NCBI GenBank assembly: GCA_000708835.1
Contig: DF237391.1
Coordinates: 1-64,000 of the forward strand
Reading direction: 5' to 3'
From: Klebsormidium nitens
Lineage: Eukaryota; Plantae; Klebsormidiophyceae
Length of the DNA: 64,000 nucleotides
This document shows, one piece after another, positions 10,975-22,900 of this stretch (its first letter is position 1; every line of letters begins with the position of its first letter). The notes beneath the pieces are model-generated. The model was given only the letters and a program-made list of their open reading frames with translations, was not told the origin of the DNA and ran no database searches. The translations under genes were made by a program, and so were the position numbers.

Positions 10975-13900
10975 CTACCTACTGCTACTCCGCGCTGTGG
11001 GACTCGGCAACTTCTTTACCGACCATTTGCTCAGCATCTGAAAGAGTTGAATCTTTTGGATTGGCTTCACAACCTGGCAGAGAGATGCGAAAACGCACGT
11101 CATCAGCTCAGGCTGAACAGGGGCAGGAGCAAACGAAAAGGCAACAAAAGGAAGTGCAAGAAGAGAAGGAGAAAAGAAAGAGAAGAGAAGGAACGAGAGC
11201 GCCATTCTTGTCTCCTAAACTTTCTGGATATGACCTAAAGACAACGGAAGGCAACATAATATTCACACAAAGACGATCAGAAGATCGAAAGAGGCAAACA
11301 ATGATGGGGGGGGGGGAGACTAGAAAGTGCGAGAAAACAGGACAGGAAAAGCGAACATACAAAAATGAGGAAATGCAAAAGGAGGGTAAAAGAAGGCAGT
11401 GAGAAAACAGAAGGGGATACCGGAAACGAAAAAATACGGCCTGCTTACGTAGTCATCCATTCCAGCGTCCATGCAGCGCTCGCGGTCCCCGGCCATGGCG
11501 AGGGCGGTGAGCGCAATGATGGGCGTGTGGCGCCCCGTGCCGGCCTCGCGCTCGCGGATCTGGCGCGCGCACGTGAAGCCGTCCATGACCGACATCTGGC
11601 AGTCCATGAACACCAGGTCGTACGTTTTCGTCTCCATCAGTTCCAGCGCCTCCTGCAAGGGAAGCAGATCGGAAACAATCAGCAGAGTAACGGAAAGAAT
11701 TGGAAAGTTTGAGGGACAAGTTGAAGAGACGGATCGGACGGACAAAGACTGCCGCCCTGAGATGGAATATTCGACAAACATCTGCTTGATGATGACTTGA
11801 ACAGATTGCCATGGAGCGCTGTGAAAAGGATGCGGCAGAGCTTCGCAGCTAGGACACCATAAGCGAAGGGTGTGGAAGTCACTTGCTCGCTGGCTGTGCT
11901 TCAGAAACGTGAAATGCCAAACCTGAGTAAATATGAAGTCTTGGACGCCCTCTGCAGCACTCTCAACAATCAAGAGTCTAGGCTCGTGCCAACGTTCGAA
12001 TACCACGGAACCTCCCCTAGAACGTAGTGATATCCGCATCCAACTGCAGTGTTACAAACCAACAGTAGCAAAACGTAACATTACTCATATCAGTAGCAAA
12101 CAAGGCTTCATCTGATTGCTCCAAGGACAGACCTGTCCGTGCTCCGCGGCGTCGCACTCGTGGCCCTCCATGGAGATCATCTGCTTGATGATGCGCCGGA
12201 TCATGGACGTGTCCTCCACCACCAGCACCCGCAGGCTCGTGTCCGGAACGTCCGACCCGGACCGCACCCGCTTTGGGTGTGAACCGGACCCCTGCAAAAG
12301 TATGCGACAGCTGTCAGTTATTGGAGCAAGCTGGCAGAGATACGACAGCTGAAAGTCCAGCTTCTTTCCGTGTTTTGATTAGGCATTGACGGTGCAACGA
12401 TGCAGATTCATCTCAAGAGTGCGAAGGGCAAAGGTAGAGAGGCAGGCCAATCCGTTACGCGGCCTCTGTCCGAGCGCGACTGCACCTCCCCAGCAGTGGA
12501 CGCCTTGATCTGCATCTTTGCAGCGCTGTCTCGCTACAATGCATTCCTTCACCGTTCTTCAGAGGATTGGCGAGGCGTTCCAAAGTATCCAGCCAGACAA
12601 CCCCTCGTGTATCAAAAGTTAGCCAAATCTATCGCCTGCGACAGGGTTCATAAAACGACGGTCCGTTTGTCGTGGACCCACCTGATTCGAGAGGCCTTCC
12701 AGGCTCCCGTGGGAGGACACGGAGGCGAGGCCCGGTTGATGAAAGTCGGGGCTGCCGGGCCGCAGCAGGTGCTCCACCTCCTCGTCCCGGTTGATGGTCG
12801 GGTGGATCACCTCCTCGATGCAGTCGTACAGGTGGCAGTGCTGCAAGGGAAGCGCGAAGAGGGGTTGAGTATTGAGGGCAAGATGGTTACGATCCTGGGG
12901 AACGAAGTTGAACCTACCCAGGAGTGACGAGGATTTGTTCTGCGACCTTGGAAGACCTACCCGCTCTTCTCGCACGACATCGTAGTGCCATCGTGCTTTC
13001 AACCGACGACTTGCGGAGCCGTTTGCTGAATAGTCTCTTTGAATCGAAAACGCCTTGCATTTCACGAGGTTCGCTTGTTGGTCTGCAGCTTGTTTGAGAC
13101 TCAGCAAACATTCGCAGGCATGGCCCCAACCCATAAAAACCGAAACTCCAAACCCAAACATGGAATCGCGGTTTCCAGATTCTCACCTGGAGGGGCTTGG
13201 TGGCGACAGCCGCAAACTTGGACATGTCCAAACTCGCTTCGATCTCCACGGGCGACAGCAGCACGACCCCCGCCTTCTTCCCAATCACCTTATCCACGAA
13301 CGCCATCCCCCCCGGTTTCAGCACCACCTTGCAATCAATCACCACCGCCTGGAACGGCCAGGCCCCCCCCGCCGCCTCTGCGTTCCGCGCCAGCTGGCGC
13401 GCCTCCGCGACCGTCCCGCACCCGGTGCACGTGTGGCCCCACCCCTCGAGGTAACTTACCAAAATCCGCCGGATGCTCGCGCGGGGCTCCACGACCAGGA
13501 CTTTCAAATTTACGCTGGCCTTGAGCCGGAGCTTGGAACTAGGCGCGGGCTCGAGGCGCACCGTGAACCAGCACTCGGAGCCCTTCCCGAGGCCCTCGCT
13601 GTTCAGTCCGCACGTGCCGCCCATCAGCTCCGACAGCTGTTTGATGATGCTCAGCCCCAGCCCCGTGCCCTGCTGCCGCTGCTTCCGGTCCGACTGCTCA
13701 ACCTGCTCGAAGCGCGAGAAGAGGCGCTGCAGGTCGGACGGCTTGATGCCGCGCCCGGTGTCCTTGCACGAGACCTTGAGGATCGTGCCGCGGCCGTCGG
13801 GGTCCGGCGTCGTGGTCGCGGTCACGATGATCTCGCCGCCGCTGTCCGTGAACTTGATCGCGTTGGACAGGACCTGCGGCGGAGAGTGAAAGGGACCGTA

Positions 13901-16900
13901 AGGCTGGTGCAAGAGGAGCGGTTTGGACATAGACGAGGTCCTGAAGTAACGCCAATTGTAGTTGTTCCCATCTGAGTGCTCGACCGGTGACCTTGTCGGG
14001 TCCCCGGTTTGAGCATAAGTTAGCGGCAGACGGACCAAAACGTACAAAAGTGGTGACATTCGAGACTCAGAGCCTATTATATTGGATCAGGAGGACCCCG
14101 AATGAAGACCTCGAAAAGAAATCTATGCTAAGTCAGCAGCGCAGCACAGGGAGCACGGGAGGGGTTTCAGGCTTCGGACTTCATGACGAGACAGTCCAAA
14201 TAAGCAAAGCGAAAGGCGGCAGAGCCTCAGGAAAGACAAACCCGTGCTCAATCCAATAAGGGCGACACGTTTCACCACTTACGTTGAGCATGAGCTGGCG
14301 CAGGCGTAGCGCGTCGGAGCAGAAGATGACGTTGTCCATGTCGACGTGCATGGCGAGCTCGACGCCCTTATTGTAAGCCGCCACGCTGGTGGCCATCATG
14401 GCGTCCTCCAGGTGGCTCCGCACGTTGATGGGCGCGTTGCGGATCGGGATGTCGCCGTCCTCCAGCTGCGAAAAGTGCAGGATTCCCATATTTGCGAAAG
14501 GAAGCAAAAGTGAATCGGGCTTGTAAAGAGCTTTGATAACTTCGTACCTCATTGTGGATGGGGGAAGCCGCCGTATCTAAGGGGGAAAAATGGGAAACTC
14601 TCAATTACCAAAATTACCTTTCTTCATTTGTATTTCCACGGGCTCAGGAACCGGGTGTACCTTTCTTTAGATGCAGAAGAGACCCCCGACGACTGGTAGC
14701 ACACGGTTTCGCTAGATGTTCGATGAGCCTGCTCTTGCTGATCTTTTGTGGACCGGAGGTAGGAACTACCGATACACGTCCTCTGACCGCAGGAAGGCTG
14801 ACAGAAGAGCCATGGCTTTAACGTTCTTGCGGTGTGGCCCCCACCTTGGAGAGGCAGAGCAGGTCGTCGATGATGCCCATGAGCTGCTTGGTGGACTGCT
14901 GGATGGTGCGCACCAGCTCGCACTGCATGCGCGTCATGCGGGCGCTCGTCTCCTGCAGCAGCTCCGCCATCCCGATTACGCTCGACAGGGGGGTCCGGAT
15001 CTCCTGCAGAAAGAGGGGCGGGGGAGAAGGTGAGAGGCAAGGAAGGGGCATGGGGGGTGAGGAAGAACACCGTCGGAAGCACTTTTTGGAGAATCTCTCA
15101 GGGGCTGAGATTCCAAGAATCTGGGACGGAAGCAGCTCATCTGGCAGCAGAAGCGCAAACCTAAACAGACAGGTTCCGAACGAAACATCATCAAGAACGC
15201 CGAACAGACTAGCCATCAGAATAGTAGCATCATTTAGACGAAATGCGAGCACGGAGCACAGGTCCCGTGGTTACAAGAATGGAGACTTACGTGGCTGATG
15301 ATGCTGATGAGGTTGCTGGTGGCCTTGCTGGCGGCCTCGGCCCGGATCGCTTTCGCTGCCGCGTCATGCGCCTCGCGCACCGCGTGGGTCAGCTTCGCCT
15401 CGTCAGCGGACCGCGTCTCGCTGCAAGACACAGATTGGCAATTGTCAAAGTAGCCAATCATTTGCGACTGCTTAGCAATCTCCACGACGTGATCTCTGAG
15501 GGGCTCAGGAGGCGTCGAAACGTCTGCTATCGCTCAAGAACCAAGTTGGCAAAAGTTTCAAACCAGCAGATGAGAGTCGTTACATGTGGCCGGCTCAAAG
15601 GTGCTAACGTATAGCGAGAGGAAACCTACCTGCAATACGTCGTCCAAATGCACGTGACAGCCGCGAGCCACAGAAAGCTGCTGAACATCACAAGCCTCAG
15701 ATCCCGTTGCCGCATGATCTGCCCCGCCGTCGTGACTGGCAAACCGAAGTCTTGGTGAGCGACCCCGGAGTAAAGGCCCGAGACTGCCGGGTCGCCGAGA
15801 AAGTACTCAATGAACCACGCGACCTGAGTCCAGACCGCTACTCCGAGGGACGCGTACGCGCTGAGCGGGAATTGGCAGACGGCGTTCACGGCGAGGATCC
15901 CGAGGTAAGCGTTGAGCGCGGAGTCGATCGCGATGTCCATCTTGTCCGTGTCCAGAACCTCCAGCAGAAACATGAAGAGGTTCTGCACGAGCGTCGTGAT
16001 GGCAAACGAAAGGTCGACGTTGGCGCGCATCGCGCGCACCCAGGGGACGCGGTCCGGGGGAAGGAGCGTCAGCATCGCCGCCGCGAATGACGTCAGGCTG
16101 CACGCGACGCGCTGCGCGAAGACGAGCGGCGGCTCTAATTCGTTGCGCCACGGCCAGCCGGACCAGAGAGGGGCGACTAGGAGAACGATGGACGACGCGA
16201 GCGTGGACTGGCGCATGAATTTGAGCGAGCTGCCGATGCGCCAGTCGGAGCGGTACTCGAGGAGGGGCGACTTGACGAGGCCCGGGAGGTTCTCGTCGCT
16301 GATCTCGGGGGAGGATGCTGACGTGTCGCGCGTGAGCCCGCTCGCGGTGCGCCAGCGCGAGTGCACGCCTTCCTCGGTGGAATCCTGTGGGAGCGGGAAT
16401 ATGCGCGGAGTGAGAAAGAGAGGCGGAAACGAGCGGGTTGAAAATGTGAAAGAGGAACGAACAAACCCACGATGAGAAGACTCGTTTTAGAGAGGGCGGA
16501 ATGGGGGGCTGAATGCGGTGTTCAGGAACGTGTAATTACACGCAGTACTCAAAATAACAGAACAACTTCTGTTGAGATTCAAAGAAAACCTTGACCCACA
16601 CAGCACTCTTCAGAATCTGCACATCTAGAAGCGCGCTCTCTCCCACCTTATTGAAGCTCGGCGAGAAGTTCATGTCCGGCCCGTGCCCCGTCCACACCAC
16701 CGAATCCGACCAGCCCTTTCTCGGGAACCGCGACGGGCTCTTCTCGATCGCGCCCTCCTCTTCCCCCTCCGCAACGTCCATAAGCGCCCCTTTCACATCC
16801 AGGGGGGGCAGCGCTTTCGCCACTATCTGGCTGTCCGTCTGCGCCCGCGCGAGCCGCGTCGAGTAGCCTAGCCCCCGGGGGCTTGTGCGAGAGGGATCCC

Positions 16901-19900
16901 CCAAAAGCATCTTGCGAGAGCTGCTCGGAGAGATGGAGGGCCGGAGAGCCTGACTGAGGCCAACGTCCACGGCGATTGGGCTGGGGGACGGTTCCTCCGC
17001 GTTCGGGTTCCAACGCTTGAGCACCTTGGTGTCCTGGAGGAAGCGGTTTGCACTTTTCGTAAGGATGGACAAAAGAATGAAGGAGCGCTAGCCGGATCAG
17101 CAAGTTAACAGTCGACAGAAGAACCATTGGGGGCAGACCACATTGCAAGAGGGATTCAGGAAGCGGGTAAGAGTACTGTTCATTTTCAAAGTGAGGCTGT
17201 CGACACAAGATCTGCTCAAGAGTCAAACGGCATTGATGTAGAACCGCAATTTCAAAGAACGTAAGAACGAGAAACATCGTCCCTACAGCCCGCCTGGAGC
17301 TGGCCCTCAAATCAGCAAGCTCAGCCCACGCACCCACTACAATGAACTTATGCCTTTGAAATACTTGACGCTTTGTCTCGCAAATACGCGCATTTGTCAC
17401 ACGGCAAGCGCACACCTCAGATGACAACTTCTCAAACAGGGCCTTCAACTCTTCCTCCCTTATCACACTCACCCCCGGCGGCGTAATTGGCGGCGTCCGC
17501 ATGAACCCTTGCAGCCCGCTCGGGGACCCCACCCCGGGCGTCCACTTGCGCACCATCTTCAGCAGCGCGTCCTTGAGCACCGGCCGCGTCAACAGGTCGT
17601 CCATGTTCTTCGCCTCGATGTCGATGCTGTCGTGCGCCGTGAGCGCCACGATCGGCGTGCGCGGCCGACCCTGGAGCGCCTCGGCGGCGCGGATGTGACG
17701 TGTCGCCGTGTATCCGTCCATGACCTCCATCTCGATGTCCATGAGCACGAGGTGGTAGTTGTGCGCCTCCCACTTGTCGAGCGCCTCGGCGCCGTTGCTC
17801 GCGACCTCCACGTGGTACCCGCCGCCCTCCAGGATGCGCCGCCCCAGCATTTGCGTCACCATCGTGTCGTCCTGGTAGCAAAGAAACGGAACACATGATG
17901 TCACGGAAGGGGTCGTTTCAAGATATGCGGCGCTCTTTCCCACAGAATCAAGTCTGGTCGTAGACAAAGAATGACAAGACTGTAGCATTTGATGCAGGCA
18001 GAGCAGCGGGTGCAAAGCGTGCTTTGGTCACCAACAACGGCACACCCTTCTCAATATCATGTCGGACTGCAGCCTCGAGTACTGAGTGATTCAACTTCCT
18101 CCATCAGCACCACCATCTACCCGTCCTTCAAAAGTGCTCCGATACAGGCAGCTGATCAAGAAGGGCGCAAATCGGGTAAATATCCTCGTGCGGGCAGGCG
18201 TGTATTCGCGAGCCGAAGAGACCGCTGGACATTCCAAAAGCCGACTACAAACCCGCTCACTCACCACCAACAATATGTGCACGCTCTTGGGGCCCCCCTC
18301 CGCCGCTTCTCTGTCCCCTGACCCTTGGCCCATGATCCCATACCGTTCTCCCGCCGCAGTGAAGTGCGCGGGGGCTCCCCCTTCCGTGCCCTCTTTCCGT
18401 GCCACCTCCCCCGCGACTTTCTTTATGCACGCCACCAACGTTTGCCGCCGGAGGGGCTTCTCCAATGTGGCATCGAACACGGGCAACTCTCGCTCCCCCA
18501 CTTGCCGCTCCACCAGAAACCCGCTCAGGTTGCTGCTAAGACTTCCACTAGACCCCACGCTCCCGCTCCCGCTCGATGCACTGGTCGACGCGCCCTGCGA
18601 GCTATTATACCCGCTTCCCCCCAACGGCGGGGTCAAACTGCCTCCCCCACCTTTCGCACTCGTCGAACCTGCCTGTAGAGTCCCGGATCCTGGTTGGGCG
18701 CCACTCGTCTCGGGGATCTGCGCCGCGTTAGCCATGCTTGACCCAGCTTCTGGACTGCCCGCTGCTCGCTCGGCTGCTGGGTGGAGGGGAGACGACTCGA
18801 TGGAGGAGGCGAGAAACGAGCCGTCTAGCGAGCTCGACCGGCTGTGGGGGGTGCTCAACGGCAGCCGGGGCCCCGGTTCCAGGCTGCTCGTCCGGCTGTG
18901 CGGTGCGCTCAACGCCCCCCGGTTCGCCCACTCCCCTCCCCGGTTGAGGAACTCGTCGACATTCACCTGGTCTGCAAGCGCGTCCAGCGCACGGCTCTCG
19001 AGCGACCCGGTCGCGCCCCCAGCCCCTTCCTGCTCCGCCGCCGCGTTCCGCCACAGCGTTCTTAGCTGTTCCTGCAGCTCCTGGGACGCGCTCTTCCGTT
19101 TTGTCAGCTTCCCTGGCCCCCGGGGGGGGCGCGTGGGGCTCGCCAGCAGTTCGGCGGCGTTGACGCTGCCGCCCCCGTCGCTGCCCCCCGAGTTCATGCT
19201 CCCCGCTCCCGACCCACCCCGCTCAAGGCTGGGGGCTCCGCTGAGCCCCAGCCCGTTGGCCAGATCCCCCGCCTTACACATGAGCACCCAGCGGATGTCA
19301 AGCTCCGCAGCCTCCTGCAAAAGCGCGTGAAAGCGTTGGTGATCTATGTTTGTAGAAAAGCTGCTCGATCGAAAGCTTGACAAACAGTAAGAACGCTTGT
19401 TGATTCTGGCTCTTGTTTTAGAAGGTGAGGGCTTCGGCCGTGCCTGCTGCCCTTTGGCCGTGCCTGCTCCCGATATTGCTTCAACAGAAAGGTGGCTAAA
19501 AGGCGCCCAACTCAAAAGGCTCAAAAACTCAACCAACTTTAGCTTAAGGTGCTCATATCAAGCTTTATCGAGCGCAGAGCATCTACGACCGTCAACGCTG
19601 CACTACAAAACCACGACCCCAACACTGGCCGCAGTCGAAATCCCAGGCCCCGGCAACGAACAAAACAAGTGCACTTCAACGAACATGAGGACAGGAAAGA
19701 CCCCCCCCCACCTGCGGCAGTTCCTTGGGCTTCTCCAGCGCGCTGCTGACGAGCGCCACTACCACCACCCGCGCGTCGTTACTGCGCCCCGGGTCCGCCC
19801 GCATCTGGGCCGCCTGCCTGGCCGCCCCTGTTAGCGCCTTCCTCAGGCTCGAGCCCGTGACCACGTGGATCGTCTCGCTGGCCAGATACTGCGACACCGT

Positions 19901-22900
19901 CTGCCGAACCTTCAATGACGGATCTGCACAGACCACGATCGTGTCCACGAGGCCGTTCGCCTTCTTCGCTCCCACTTCAAACACTGCAAGAGCTGGGTCC
20001 GTTTTTGCTTCCTCTCCACGCAAAGGGCTCCTATGAGGCGCTGCCTCAGGGGGCAGGTTCTCTTTGGGGGGGAGTTCCCCGGCTTGCTTGGCCACCCCCT
20101 GGTCCAGATCCGGAGCTGAACACGCCCCCCGTTTCGGCAGGTTGACGTTGACTTGAGCAAGCCGTCCTTCTTTCGAAGAGTATTTTTCGCTCTGTGACGA
20201 ATCCAACCCATGGACAACGTTGTTGGCAACCACTGCTTGCCAAGCCTCGACCCGCGTCGACGGCGACTCGGCCCCCTCCTTTTGCAATTGCCGTATACTA
20301 CCTCCCAATCCGCCATCCAAACCCTCCTGCAACCCCGGCCGCTCTGTCGCCTCCCCCCCCGCAACCGCTCATCCAGAGTCCCACTTTGCCCCCCCCCCTC
20401 CCGCAACAGTTGTCTCTCCCCCCTCCCCCTCGCTGCCTGACCCCCCCAGGAAGAACCCCTCACGCTGCTGCTCGAACGACGCCCGTTGGGTGCTGTTCTT
20501 GCGCCCCATGCGCATGGGCGAGCTGGAGGTGTAGAGGTCTTCTTCGCGCGCCTTCGGCAGCGTGATCTCGAACCAGAACGTCGACCCTGTGCCTGTGCTG
20601 GCCGTTGGCTCCTGGCTGCTCTGCACGCCCAGCTCGCCGTCCATCACCGCTACGTACGCCTTCACCAGTGCCAGCCCCAACCCAATGCCAGAGAACTGCA
20701 AAACACCACAATGTTTCTGCCTTGTTGAGTTGCCAGCCTTGGTTGCTGAGAGGGCCATCAAAACCCTTTGTCAATGCAATTAGGGAGTGAGTCCGAAGCT
20801 TTGTCACCGCCACTTGATAACAGAGAGAACTAAGGAGACTGAATCTTCAACCCATTCAACAATCCACTCTTGCTCATCTTCCCCTCCTCTGCTGGATTTT
20901 TTCTACCCTCCTCCCTGCCATGACAGAGTCACGGTTATGCATTAGCGCTCCCGCAAGAGAGCAGACCCAACTACCAGTTCGACCCACCTTGGTCTTCCCT
21001 TGGTACTCCCCTTGCAGAAAGTCCGAGAAGATCACGTCCAGAGTGGTTGGGGCGATGCCAACGCCCGTGTCGCGCACGCTGATGTGGATGGTGGCCGCCT
21101 GCTCAGTCTCGTGCGTGACGGCGCCGACCACCGCCACCTCACCGGGGGCCTCCGTGTACTTGAACGCATTGTCCAGCACTGCATGAAGCAGGATAAGTTA
21201 GAATAGATGACATGGATAGCTCTTTACTTCTTGATCAGAATTACGCTGCCTTACAGGCTTCTGCAGCGCCTTATACCAGTGAAAACACGAGTGAATGCCT
21301 TGCCTGCTCAAAGCCTGGGCAATTACGTCTGAAAACATTGCTAATCCACCTCCCCGGAGCCTCCTCTCGCCGGATGTATTGTGCCGCCGGTTGGATTGTG
21401 CACTCTCAAATAAAGTGTGCATGCACAGCTGCTGACTGGCCTTGCCAGTGACTAAAGCAAGGACTGCCTTTAGTTATGATGGCTGATCCTCACACGCAAT
21501 TTCTTAGCCACAGACCATCCTTCCACAGGACAACACATAAGAACAAAGACAAGCTGACTCACAGTTGTTGAGCACCACCTCGAGGCAGTGCGAGTCGACG
21601 AGCAGGGGCTCCTTGGGCAGGTCCACATACATGAGCACTTCCAGGCCCTTACGGAACCCGTTGATTGCATGCCTCTGCACCACCTCTTCAATAATGTCCC
21701 CCACGATCACCGGCTGCAGCAATGATGAGAAACGAGCAATGTCAGCCTTGCTTCACAGACAATGATTGGGATCAAGCTTGAACAATGCCTCAATGTGAGT
21801 GGAAAGCTGAACAGCTCCGGCGACTTGGCTGCGCCCAGAACCAAGGGTGCTGACAGATTGCAGAAACAACAAGATTGGCGCAATACCCTGGACGATTGCT
21901 GGAAGTCTGGGGAGGCAATATGTTCCGCATCTCTTCTGTTTCTGCATGCACAAGCTGATTCTCAAGTTTCAAGCCTGCCTCGACACACCATTTTTGAACC
22001 TGTTGTGGCAACTTTGTCGCACAAACCCATCTCAAAGCCCCCGCCTAGGCTAGACAGACCTTGCAAAAGTGCTTCCTGCGAGGGAAGCCCTTAACCTCCA
22101 CCCCATCTCAACGCCTACCTTGGGGTTGAGCCTGAAGTAGCCCCCCTCGAGCTTGGCGTACTCGAGGATGTCATTGATGAGCCGCAGCAGCTGCATGGAC
22201 TGCTGCTGGATACCGCGCACATACTCCTCCTGCTCCGCGTCCATCGCATTCCCGGGGCCCGCCAACAGCTCTGCACTGCTGATGATGCCCACGATCGGGT
22301 GCCGGATTTCATGCGTGATGTTGCTGCAGGGTGCACCATAATAAGTTAAAACAGCGGACGAGCATTTGGAATGTTCGAGGCCGCCGTTGTTTGTCAAAGC
22401 TAAGAGAGGTTACAACTTGGTTCAGTGACCTCTTGCGAGACCAGAGCCTTGGAGCACAGCTGTGCGAGTCTCTCACCAGTTAAGCATATTTTATACAACC
22501 ACTTCATAGCTTCTAGCCTTCTTCAGAGCTGCAACTGCGGGACTATACCCCTCATACTATGCTTTCCTCCTGGCATCTGATGCGCAGGAAAGAAGCGATG
22601 AAGATTGCTCTGTTCTCAAACGTGGAAGTATTCTGCAAGCCCTGCTGTGAGATCCCCAGATCATCCATACCCCGCAGTGAAGGAGTATACCTGCTGATTA
22701 GTCCTGCCGACAAACTTCCGCCAGAGTTCTCAGTGTGCCATAAGCAATACTTTTAAGGACCCAACAGCAACCATGAAAGACCCCACAGAACCTTCTCGGC
22801 ACTCCACGACCAGGTGCAGCAAATTTCCCTGTCTGCCATTGACTCACCTCAGGAAGGACGACTTGGCATCCTTGGTGCCCTCAGCGTGCTTAGCGCGCTC

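Noticed and set aside
10776-11402. 208-aa plus-strand ORF rich in K/E/R
   Set aside because: It is the reverse complement of the T/C-rich last intron and 3' end of the kinase, with no domain.
11320-11448. Read-through of the last receiver as DDYVSRPYFFVSGIPF..., which would suggest a second K-to-R receiver
   Set aside because: TAC|GTAAGC is a strong donor, and the exon at 11073-10975 supplies the canonical VVKPIQKIQLFQMLSKW. The read-through is pyrimidine-rich intron.
16648-17415. Apparent C-terminal extension of the 455-aa ORF beyond the central receiver
   Set aside because: Its composition is intron-like after GAG|GTGTGC, and the phase-0 acceptor at 17033 resumes coding-like sequence in another frame.
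12400-19330. Numerous long plus-strand ORFs (306, 414, 187 and 175 aa) opposite the kinase
   Set aside because: These are antisense shadows of GC3-rich exons; their boundaries track the minus-strand exons.
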